DNA of 22,115 nt from Macrostomum lignano (lineage: Eukaryota): contig NIVC01001841.1 of NCBI GenBank assembly GCA_002269645.1, positions 1 to 22,115 on the forward strand, read 5' to 3'. Shown here one piece after another: positions 1 through 9,060 of this stretch; within the stretch, counting starts at the first letter, position 1, and every line of letters begins with the position of its first letter. A program made the position numbers and the translations under genes. The notes beneath the pieces are model-generated. The model ran no database searches. It saw only the letters and a list, made by a program, of their open reading frames with translations, and was not told the DNA's origin.

Positions 1-20
1 GAGAAGTAGCTAGAGATGTT

Positions 21-461
21 AAGAAGCTACTCAATCTCTAATTGAGGGAGATGTTGAGAAGCTACTCAATCTCTAATTGAGGGAGATGTTGAGAAGCTAC
101 TCAATCTCTAATTGAGGGAGATGTTGAGAAGCTACTCAATCTCTAATTGAGGGAGATGTTGAGAAGCTACTCAATCTTTATATGAGAGAGATCTTGAGAA
201 GCTACTCAATCTCTAATTGAGGGAGATGTTGAGAAGCTACTCAATCTCTAATTGAGGGAGATGTTGAGAAGCTACTCAATCTCTAATTGAGGGAGATCTT
301 GAGAAGCTACTCAATCTCTAATTTGAGGGAGATCTTGAGAAGCTACTCAATCTCTAATTGAGGGAGATGTTGAGAAGCTACTCAATCTCTAATTGATGGA
401 GATGTTGAGAAGCTACTCAATCTCTAATTAAGGGAGATGTTGAGAAGCTACTCCAAGTCTC
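21..461. repeat. 35-bp minisatellite, about 12.5 copies (unit GAGAAGCTACTCAATCTCTAATTGAGGGAGATGTT)
   Basis: Units start at 21, 56, 91, 126, 161, 196 (variant), 231, 266, 301 (+1 nt), 337, 372, 407 and 442 (partial). There are no spacers between units. Confidence 0.97.
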
Positions 462-520
462 ATATGAAAAATATTAAATGTTAGGCTAAAAACATACTGC
501 TTACATACACTAATAACAGT

Positions 521-1045
521 TCAAACAGGAGAAGTGGTCGTAGGCAGCTCCTCCTCGTCCATATAGTTCATGAAATCGTGCGGATGAGCGCTGCGCATGT
601 GCCGTTTCTGATCCTCAAGCCGGATGTACCGTTCACCGCAGATCTGGCAGGCGTACGGCCGGACGCCAGTGTGCAGCCGTTCGTGCCGCTCTAAACAGAA
701 TTTCCTATTAAACGATTTGCCACAATAGGCGCATTTAAACACTTTCGTGCCCAATGCGCCTTTTAATTGGTTGTTCAATGCGCGCAGGTCGCACTCGGCG
801 GTTGCCGGGGTTGTCACACCCCCGCCTCCTCCGCCGGCAGCACCGGCCACGCCTCCAATTCCGCCTAAGTCGCGAGAGACAGCGTCAGCTTGATGCTCGG
901 CTGGGGCGGCTGCGGCTGCTGCAGCGAATGATTGAACAGTTACCCGCTGATGTGGCCGACTGCTGCGCTGCAGATGAAGTAGGGGCCGCAGCTGCCGGAG
1001 GCTGCAGCAGAATGGCTGGAAACACGGAGGCATGTAGGTCAGAGT
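521..1045 (-). CDS. Terminal exon of a C2H2 zinc-finger protein (two fingers after an Ala/Gly-rich linker); 5' boundary is 1045 or 918
   Basis: Encodes [52 protein letters not shown]: two C-x2-C-x12-H-x3/4-H fingers joined by a TGEKPY-type linker, with TGA stop at 523-521. Acceptor TTTAG at 1050-1046 needs a 1-nt frameshift near 943-945. Acceptor GCTGCAG at 920/919 joins in frame. Confidence 0.8.
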   Translation of the reverse strand, partial: TLTYMPPCFQPFCCSLRQLRPLLHLQRSSRPHQRVTVQSFAAAAAAAPAEHQADAVSRDLGGIGGVAGAAGGGGGGVTTPATAECDLRALNNQLKGALGTKVFKCAYCGKSFNRKFCLERHERLHTGVRPYACQICGERYIRLEDQKRHMRSAHPHDFMNYMDEEELPTTTSPV

Positions 1046-1160
1046 CTAAATGAAGATATTGTCAGACTCTTGAAGACACTGTCAGACTCTAATTGAAGAA
1101 ATGTCAGACTCTAATTGAAGACATGTCAGACTCTAATTGAAGACATGTCAGACTCTAATT
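1038..1160. repeat. ~22-bp tandem repeat, about 5.5 copies (GTCAGACTCTAATTGAAGACAT), in the zinc-finger intron
   Basis: Units start at 1038, 1061, 1081, 1103, 1125 and 1147. The first, diverged copy overlaps the candidate acceptor at 1046-1050. Confidence 0.92.
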
Positions 1161-1227
1161 AAACTAATAGACAGAAAGAAGCATCTCTGAGCAGTGAGCA
1201 CACAATGAAAAAGCAGCTCGAACTCAC

Positions 1228-1553
1228 TCGGATAGAATCCAGCTTTAGTATCGTCAACAGACTCGCCCAGGTACTCAATATCATCGTCATTGTCGCCATT
1301 TTTATCATTCCTGTGGTCATCAATCAACCGGATAGCCATAGGACCAGCTCTGGCTCTGCCATTGCCAATTCGCTGGGCCCGCTGTTCCAATTCAACAGCG
1401 GCAGCGTCAACTTCGTCAATATTGGCGGCATCTTCAACAGGCGGAGCCTCCAGATTCATCTGCAGCTGCCCAGCCGGGGACAATTCTCCATCAGATTCGT
1501 GCTCATCTGCATCATATTCAAATTGCTGCGATCAACAGCCGCTTGGAACACAT
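1228..1553 (-). CDS. Upstream acidic, low-complexity exon of the zinc-finger gene
   Basis: Open frame QFEYDADEHESDGELSPAGQLQ...NDDDIEYLGESVDDTKAGFYP ends at a consensus GTGAGT donor (1227-1222, phase 1). The start is either aaaATG at 1553 (needs one base removed from the A run at 1520-1522) or acceptor CGCAG before 1525. Confidence 0.6.
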
Positions 1554-2070
1554 TTTATAAAAAGCAGATATTTTCGTTTAGAAGCAACGATAATTGATTT
1601 TTTACAAAGAGAAATTGAAAATCAAACCAAAATCAACCAGGTGACTAGGACAAATTGGAAAATTGAATAAATTAAGCTTTTTCCACGTTGATTTATTAAT
1701 ATAAGCGGAACAAAAAAGGAATCTTAGCTCTGTCCTATCCAGCATTGACAATGTAGTTTACAGTGCAATTAAAGCTAAAAACAAAATAAACTGACATGAT
1801 AAACAGAAATAATTGTTTTATGGTTTATTTTTGGCAGAAGATGGGTGAAGGAGCTTAGTTACTGATTGATTGTGCAAGTTAAAACATAACAGTTTAAATG
1901 ACAATGCACAGTGAGCTTAATGTACAGGCTAAAACACATTACTATGTACAGATAAGGAATAGTTATAACAAATTAATTTTAACTACAGGACTGTAACAGA
2001 AACGTTTAATTTATACTTTAATCAAGACATCTGACATTAGTAGTTATGTCATAGGCATGAAGTACAGGTT

Positions 2071-2700
2071 AAGAAGCTAAATATTGGGGAGATGTTGTCT
2101 CAATCTTATTGATTTGAAATAATTTAAGAGGAGATGAAACCCATTTAGAGAGAATGAAAATCCCTAATTGAAGTTTGGAAGTCCCACTCAAAATCTTGAG
2201 AAGCTACTCAATCTCGGAACTTAAAGCAAATAATGAAGATCTTAGGCTAAATCTCGGTTGAGAAGTACTATTCTTTGATGAGAAGAAGCTACTAACTCTA
2301 ATTAAGGAATGTGGAAAAAGATGAAAAATATTTTTGCAAACATTACACTTAATACATAAAACCAGTTCAACAGGAAATGCAACTCTGCATATATTCATGA
2401 AAGTGCGGATGAGCGCCCATGTCCTTTCTGACCTCAAGCCGGATACCGTTCACCAGATCTGGAGGCGTACGGCCGACCCAGTATGAAGCTTCGTGCCGCT
2501 CACTTTTTAAACGATTGCCACATAGCATTTAAACCTTTCTGCCCTGCCCGGTTGCAATGCGCGCAGGTGACTGCGGTGCTGTCACCCCGACCTCCTCGCC
2601 CTCACCGGCCACGCTGCCAATTCCGAGTGCCGAGACACTCACTGTTCCTGGGCGCTCCTGCTGCACCTGTTGACAGTTCCTGATGTGGCCGACTGCTCGC
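2071..2700 (-). pseudogene. Deletion-riddled tandem copy of the 35-bp array plus the zinc-finger exon
   Basis: Collinear matches to 500-975, e.g. GCGGATGAGCG at 580 and 2405, CCTCAAGCCGGAT, GGCGTACGGCC, TTCGTGCCGCTC, and TGATGTGGCCGACTGCT at 948 and 2681. Degenerate GAGAAGCTACTCAATCT units occur at 2071-2310. The frame is destroyed by many 1-6 nt deletions. Confidence 0.85.
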
Positions 2701-2759
2701 TTGAGTCAAGTAACCCAGCTGCCACTTAACTAAACAGTCAGAGTCTTCGAATTTTTGAG

Positions 2760-4590
2760 TACATGTATGACTCAATAAAATTCATACTCAAAATTGATGA
2801 TACATATCAGATCAATTACATACATGTAGATAATGTATATATATATATGTAATACTGAAGACTGATAGTGATATCATATCTGATACCGATATTGAAATTG
2901 ACATCGTAAAAGATTACTTTTGATCTTTTTCCTTTTTTATCATTCTGGTCTGGACTCCTGGAGTGGAGAAGAGAAGTTGAGTGGAGGCCGAGGCCCGAGG
3001 GTGGACTGGACTGGACTTTGAACTTTCTGGGCTCGTGGAGTGGAGTCGTATCGTGTCTGAGCGTGAGTCGTGACTTGTGACTGATTCGTGATTCGCGAGT
3101 TTTGTTTTGACCGTGACGGTGACTCGTGATTGTGTAGTGACTCGTGAGTCGTGATCGTGACTCCATAAGTGACGGACTACAGACGGAGTGCTAAAAATTA
3201 CAGCTATGACGCCTATGAGCTACAGGCTACAGCAGACAGACCAGAGTTGCATAAGTCATGACTTATGATTGATGACACGTTCACGTGCAAAAGACAAATG
3301 ACTAAATGAATGAGTCAATTCCTCAAATGACAATTGCGTAAAACTTTGATTTGACTAAAAAATTATTCGTAAAATTACACAAAATGGCAATGTAATTGTG
3401 CAAGCAAGGACTTTATTGATAAATTAAGGCAAGGCAAACGGCAAATAGTAATAGATTTAGTATATTTAGATGATATGATGTGAAGTAGCAATATCATTGA
3501 TTCGTAGTAGGCTCTTAGCGTGAGCGTCTGTGACCGTGAGCGTCAGCCACAGCCAGTTTCCACTTTCCAGGAAGATCGGATTTTTTTCCAGGAAGATAAA
3601 ATTAAAACATAGTTTTGCAATACTTTTTTTGCAATATTGATTCCACTTTACACGCTGCAGGCTGCAGCCTAAAAGCAAAAATATGATTCTTTAAAAAGTT
3701 TATTTGTCATTTTTAAGCTTTTGTAAATAACATTTCCTATTTACATTCCAAGAAGGCTACCATTTTTCCAAGAAGTTTGCTATCTATTAGAGTTTGTAAT
3801 CGTGTTCATATTTGTATCGTAGGTAGTCGTAGTCGTAGACTTGTAGTATCGTATTCGTAATCATATTCGTTTAAGTAGGTAGGTGAGCAGGTAGGCAGGT
3901 ATCAGCTAATTACTTGTATTTCCATTGTCTGTTTGCCTGTTCTGTTGAGACAGTTGAGTGTTGTGTTGTGTTGTCACTTCACTTGTGTTCTGTTCTGTTA
4001 TCTTGTCTTGTTGTCTTACTGAATACTGACTGTGTACATGGCTCTTTACATTGAAGCTATGTAAAGGAACTAAAAATTCAAATAAAAGAATCAATCAATT
4101 GATTTGGTTCTTACTTCCTTACTGCTTCCAATGCCAAGTGCCTTACACTTAATGCTTCAGCTTTTCTTCTTTTGCTTACTGCCACTGCCAGTGCCAGCCG
4201 CACTGCCGCAGTGACTGCTTGCCTACCTCACTGCTTGTTAGTATCACTGTCACTGGCACACACACAGTACTTGTGCCACACACTCACACAGTGACATTGA
4301 ATTTGAACTATTGAGTATATTGATATTTGAGTATTAAGTCTTTTAATGTAACTCTTATCTTATTCTGAAGTCTTAACTAATGTATTAAATAATAATAATA
4401 TTTATTGTATATTTATTATATTTAAATTTAAATATTTAATATTTAATTAATATTTATATTATATTATATTTATATATTAATATATTTAAATAATATATTA
4501 TAATATATTTAATGTTTATCATATATTTATTATACATTTAATATATTATATTAAATTTAATATATTGATATATTTATTATATATTTAATA
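2760..4590. other. Non-coding low-complexity region of local 3-13 nt echo duplications, ending in an almost pure A/T tract (~4384-4590)
   Basis: Examples: CTGGACTGGACTTTGAACTTT, GTAGTCGTAGTCGTAGAC, TTTCCAGGAAGAT x2, GCTGCAGGCTGCAG, TTGTGTTGTGTTGTC. There is no fixed period and no credible ORF. Confidence 0.7.
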
Positions 4591-4664
4591 GTAATCCGCA
4601 TATGCTAAAAGTATTAAGATTTATTATGATTTTTTTCCAATTATTGAGCTGTCCTAAAGATCTT

Positions 4665-4752
4665 GTCCCGAATTCCCGAGGCCCGACCCGGGCCCGAGTC
4701 CTCATTCCCGGGCCCGACCCGGGCCCGACTTTGGCCGTCCCGGTCGCCCCCT
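4665..4752 (-). mobile_element. Orphan terminus of a probable hAT-type DNA transposon
   Basis: GC-rich island in AT-rich DNA. The minus strand reads TAGGGGCGACCGGGACGG..., followed by duplicated GGCCCGACCCGGGCCCGA subterminal-like motifs. The next 8 bp (ATTTAAAG) resemble the hAT TSDs seen at 5361 and 8248. No matching other end was found. Confidence 0.4.
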
Positions 4753-5368
4753 AATTTAAAGCACTATAAAGAACTGTACATGTATAGCTAGCCTAAGGTC
4801 TTGTAGCATTTAGGCAAGCAGAGCAAATGATGGCATATAAACTAATCAAAGGTCTATTTATTTTACATTTATATAACATGTGCAACATATTGATTGTGGG
4901 GAGGTATAGAACTAGATTGGAGGAGCTAATTACAAGTATATTATCTGTAACACGCAAGTGCAAAGGTTGTTTGCATATATAGGTTATAGCTAATTAATTT
5001 GACTTAGCAATAGGATAGGATTATTGGCTAAATAGTGATTAGCTTATTTGACTAATGCCAGCTACGAGTAAATAAGCACTGCCATATACTAATTAAAACT
5101 ATAATCTTAGGTAGGAATTTTGCAAATTTATCTTGGCTGGGCCTTTGCCAGTTGGCTGGATTAGCTAGCTCAGCTGGGTATTTTGCATGTATGATCTTGA
5201 CTTTCTAGATTATATTTACAAAGTAGTCTCAAAAGACATTACTGATTAGATCCAATTTATCATATCTTATTTTTTCTTTTACTTTCATATAGGCCTAAGT
5301 ATATGAATTGTGCATATTGAATATTTATAAAAACTATGGCAATTGTTATTATTAATGACCATTTAAAT

Positions 5369-5572
5369 CATGCTTGGATGCAACCTTGGGATTTACTCAG
5401 CTGTTTCTATTGGCAACACCCACATACACACACATACACATATATATATATATATATATAAGTTGCTATTTGATAGAATAGTAATCATGTGACTGCTCTT
5501 AGCTAATAGTGACTTACATGTATGTGTTGCCAATAGAAATGGCCGGGTGATTCCCAAGGTTGTGCATGTATG
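5369..5572 (-). mobile_element. Fold-back hAT-type MITE, copy 1, with an internal (CA)n(TA)n expansion
   Basis: Termini are CATGCTTGGATGCAAC and GTTGTGCATGTATG with long inverted arms. The 8-bp TSD is ATTTAAAT/ATATAAAT (1 mismatch). It aligns end to end, inverted, with 8256-8427. Confidence 0.85.
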
Positions 5573-6694
5573 ATATAAATAGCAAAATGGTTATTTTTAT
5601 AGTCAAAACATAAGACACTATTTGGGCTTAAGGTTTTAACTTAATATAATCATTCAATAGCAAAACTGTTATTTATAATCACTGTATATAGGAAAAAAAC
5701 TGGTTATTTTTATGGTCATAGGGAAGAAAGCTCATTTAACATTAATAAATAGGTCTAACAATTATTTATGTAAATAAGCTTAAAGCTAACTAAAGTCAAT
5801 GACAAGAACCATTATAAGTTACTATAATATATAAATAATATGTGTGACATGTTTTTTTACTTTTTAAACTTAATAGCTCTTATAATTTGCATTGCAATTT
5901 TGTTATTTTCACTTAATTTAGATGGTATTTGTTTTATGTGTTAATTGTGAAATAACTATCTTGCTATTTGTATCTTTTAGTCCTTATAGAAAAAAGTTAT
6001 AAAAACTGCGGATAGTGTCTAGCACACTTTTGAAAATTTTCTAAGGTGCAGCGCAAGCACAGGTGCGCAGCGCTTGCGCATGCTGCCCTTTCTTGCTGGC
6101 TGCTGCTCTAGCAAATAAATATACATGGAAGGGGGTCTAATACCTCTGTGGAAGGGGCCTATGTGGCCTAGTTGCCATAGGAAAGTAAAAGAATATTAGC
6201 GCAGCACCAAAGATTTAGTGAAGCATAAAATAATTAGTTTTAAAGTTAAGTTAAGTAACTATTAAACAGTAACCATGGATTAATAAATAATAGTAAATCA
6301 AGTCTTAGGAAACTGAAAAGCTACATTAACCCATTTATTTAAGAAACAAAACAATAATAAATAAAACTTATTCCTGTTACTGATAATTGGATGGATTACA
6401 CTTGCACAGCAAGTACACATACATATAGCTCAAACATGTACACTTTTTACAAGTAGCTCCTAGACAAGAAATAGCCAAGGGATATTTGATAACTTTAGGG
6501 AAAGGATTAACTTACTAAAGATGCTTATAAAATTGAAGTGAACAGTGACATTTTCGCTAGCTTGACTTTTATATTAACTGAGGTGACAGAGAGTTAGAAC
6601 TTAGTTTGAATTTGAATTTTAACTGAATGTTGTGACAGATGCTTTTCACAGAGCAATTCCAAAACCAATACAAGAAAAACTTAACTAATGATAG

Positions 6695-7360
6695 TTAAAA
6701 ACATAATAAAGTAAGAAGTTTGTACAATTTTAGAGGGTCCAGCGGCAGTGGCACATTTGATTCGCAAAATTTTGTTACTGCCCCTAGGCTGACTGGACAT
6801 GCTCTGTCACTTGAGCCATTTTTGCAATGCCCTTCCACCCTTGATGCAGCTGCCAGAATTTCTGGCACTTTCCTTTGCATCTCATCAACAGTCTGCTGTT
6901 GCATCACTAAATCCTCCTCCTGCTGCTGTTGCTGTTGTTGATGGCCCAGCTGGGTCCCTGGTCATTGGGCCTACGGGAATGGTCTGGCTGCAACATGGCA
7001 CAGCCAGCCATCACTGTCTCGCTCGCCTCTGGACAGGGGCCTTGCACACTACATCGCCACACAACTATGCAGAGGGCATGTTGGCAAGTCTGCCACCAGG
7101 TCTACTAGCGTCAACCTCAGTGGGGCCATAATTCCAACTTTCGTGTCCATGGCCAGTGGACCTTCCACCACATGCCTGATAGCCTAGCACTGGTGGCCAG
7201 CCCTGATGGGGTCTAGCCAGTGTCTGGAGCTGCTTGGAGGCCTGCTGGAGGTGAGGCTGCTGCTGCTGTTCCTCTTGTGCCTTCCTTCGAATCCCATTGA
7301 CAGTCAGCTGCTGTGTCACTAAATCCTCTTGCTGCTGCTGCTGTTCCTCTTGTGCCATCT
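6695..7360 (-). pseudogene. Decayed Gln-rich coding-like sequence downstream of the hAT transposase remnant
   Basis: Minus-strand fragments QEEQQQQQEDLVTQQLTVNG and QQQQQQEEDLVMQQQTVDE come from ~68-bp direct repeats at about 6864 and 7276, broken by stops and frameshifts. Confidence 0.4.
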
Positions 7361-7458
7361 TTGCTATAGCATCTTAATCGCTGTTCCTTTATCTTCTTCT
7401 GCAGTCTCCTCATTGCCTGCTGTCATTGTTCTAATTGAGTGCAATCAGCTGCTTTACT

Positions 7459-8250
7459 TCAGGCTTCAAAGCTGCTGGCAATTAGGTTTATTTGGTTTGT
7501 GACTGTATGTGCAGTGGCCAAATTTGCCTTCAGCAAGGTCTTAATAATGAGTAGAGAGTTGAGCGTTAACTCAGAAAGCTTGTTCTGCTGCTTTGTTAAG
7601 TCATTGTCTATCCACTTTAAAAACTGTTTGTTGTCCGCATCACCATGCAGGATGCAGCATGCACTGCGCCTTAGCTTTGATAGCAGTGGGTAAGTCACAG
7701 TGCGCAGGCATGACCAGAACTTCTCAGGATTTGACTTTTTGAGCTCCTAGTTTGAGGCATGCAACCTGGTGACTTTGAGATGCAGCTCATCAGGCTCATC
7801 AACTGCAATGATGGTGCTCATAGATTTGGCAACCCTTAACACGGTTCTGTCAAAGTTAAAGTCCTCTCCAAGAAGGTAGTCAGGGTTGACAAAGTGAAGA
7901 GCTCGGAGGATATTGTTCTGCAGTGGCAGTTGTGAAAAAAGCCTCTGCACTAACTCACAATAGAAATTGTAAACACTCTTGTAGAATCCAATGCAATCAA
8001 TAGGCAACAGTCTGTCAACAGTCTCACAGGTCTTGCCACCAATCACCAGACTTGCATTATCCAACTGATTAGAGCATTCCTTGGCACAATTGGCGAGGTC
8101 TAACAGACACAGAGAGTTAGTCTCATTAACAACATTTTCTTGGTCAAAGCATATCTGGATATAGCTGCAAAAGGTCTCCAATGATGATGAAACACTGTTG
8201 ACTTGGTCTATGTAACTATAAAACTCACTTAACACAGAATTGACAGCATT
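7459..8250 (-). pseudogene. C-terminal part of a hAT-superfamily transposase, including the dimerisation domain
   Basis: ORFs 8235-7747 and 7698-7459 share one frame, separated by a single TAG plus ELKKSNPEKFWSCLRT. FW..L..VTYPLLSKL...ILHGDADNKQFLKWIDNDLTKQQNKLSELTLNSLLIIK fits the hAT dimerisation consensus (FW...YP.L..LA...PH.NA..ER.FS...T..RN.L...TL). FYKSVYNFY..LFSQLPLQNNILRALHFVNP is typical of these transposases. Confidence 0.75.
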
Positions 8251-8255
8251 TTAAA

Positions 8256-8427
8256 CATACATGTGCAACTTTAGGAATCACCCAGCCGTTTCTATTGGCA
8301 ACACACACATGTAAGTCGCTATTGGCTAAGAGCAGTCTTGTGACTACTATTCCGTCCAATAGCAACTTACATGTGTATGTTGCCAATAGAAATGGCCGAG
8401 TGAATCCCAAGGTTGCGCCTAAGCATG
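8256..8427 (+). mobile_element. Fold-back hAT-type MITE, copy 2
   Basis: Termini are CATACATGTGCAAC and GTTGCGCCTAAGCATG. The 8-bp TSD ATTTTAAA is perfect (8248-8255 and 8428-8435). Inverted arms of ~70 bp (8256-8325, 8356-8427) surround a 30-bp spacer. Confidence 0.9.
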
Positions 8428-9060
8428 ATTTTAAAGATCACAGTAGCGCAGTAGCACAGCTAAAACAAAATAGTGCAGTAGCACTAAAATAGCACAGGTG
8501 TGGTAACTATGCTTATCATTTAAAATGCTCAAAGATTTTCCAAAATTTTGATTTTAATTTTACAAAATTTGGAATTTTTAAGAGCAAATTTTAATTTCAA
8601 AAAAATTAGAAAGTGAAATTTTTGGAAGTGTCTAAAAAAGTGGCTAAAAATAAACCAATTTCTGCTATACATACATGTATTTCATTTTGCATAAGCAGTA
8701 AATCAAAAGTAAAAAAGTCAATGTTGGTTATATATAATAGGCCTCCAGTTTTTATAACAATTTCCTAGAAAAAGTTGCATTTCAAAAATGTACTACTGTT
8801 GTTATACTAAGTGAATATTAAAAATATTTCTTATATGCAAAATATTCTGAATATTCTATGTATTAATACTTTATTTTAAATAATAGGAAAAAATTTACTA
8901 TAAAAAGGAGTGAGGAGTCAGCTAGGAGCCAAAATAAAGAACCTTTTCTTGTTTGTTAGTCTTGTACCATTGTTTTGAACATTGATCAAGCTTCAAATTA
9001 GCCTTAGGCTTATAATCACTTGTGTTACTTATTTTGAGTAGTAGATAATGACATAGGAGT

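Noticed and set aside
754-1670. Plus-strand ORFs 754-1053, 1205-1597 and 1290-1670
   Set aside because: Antisense shadows of GC-rich zinc-finger exons, with no recognisable motifs.
2816-4094. Short ORFs in the stutter region
   Set aside because: Low-complexity translations with non-ATG starts in sequence of doubtful quality.
6040-6210. GCGCAAGC/GCTTGCGC hairpin and GCGCAG(T/C)A motifs (also 8440-8500) as ends of the transposase-bearing element
   Set aside because: No matching TIR pair or TSD could be found, and the shared words are in direct rather than inverted orientation.
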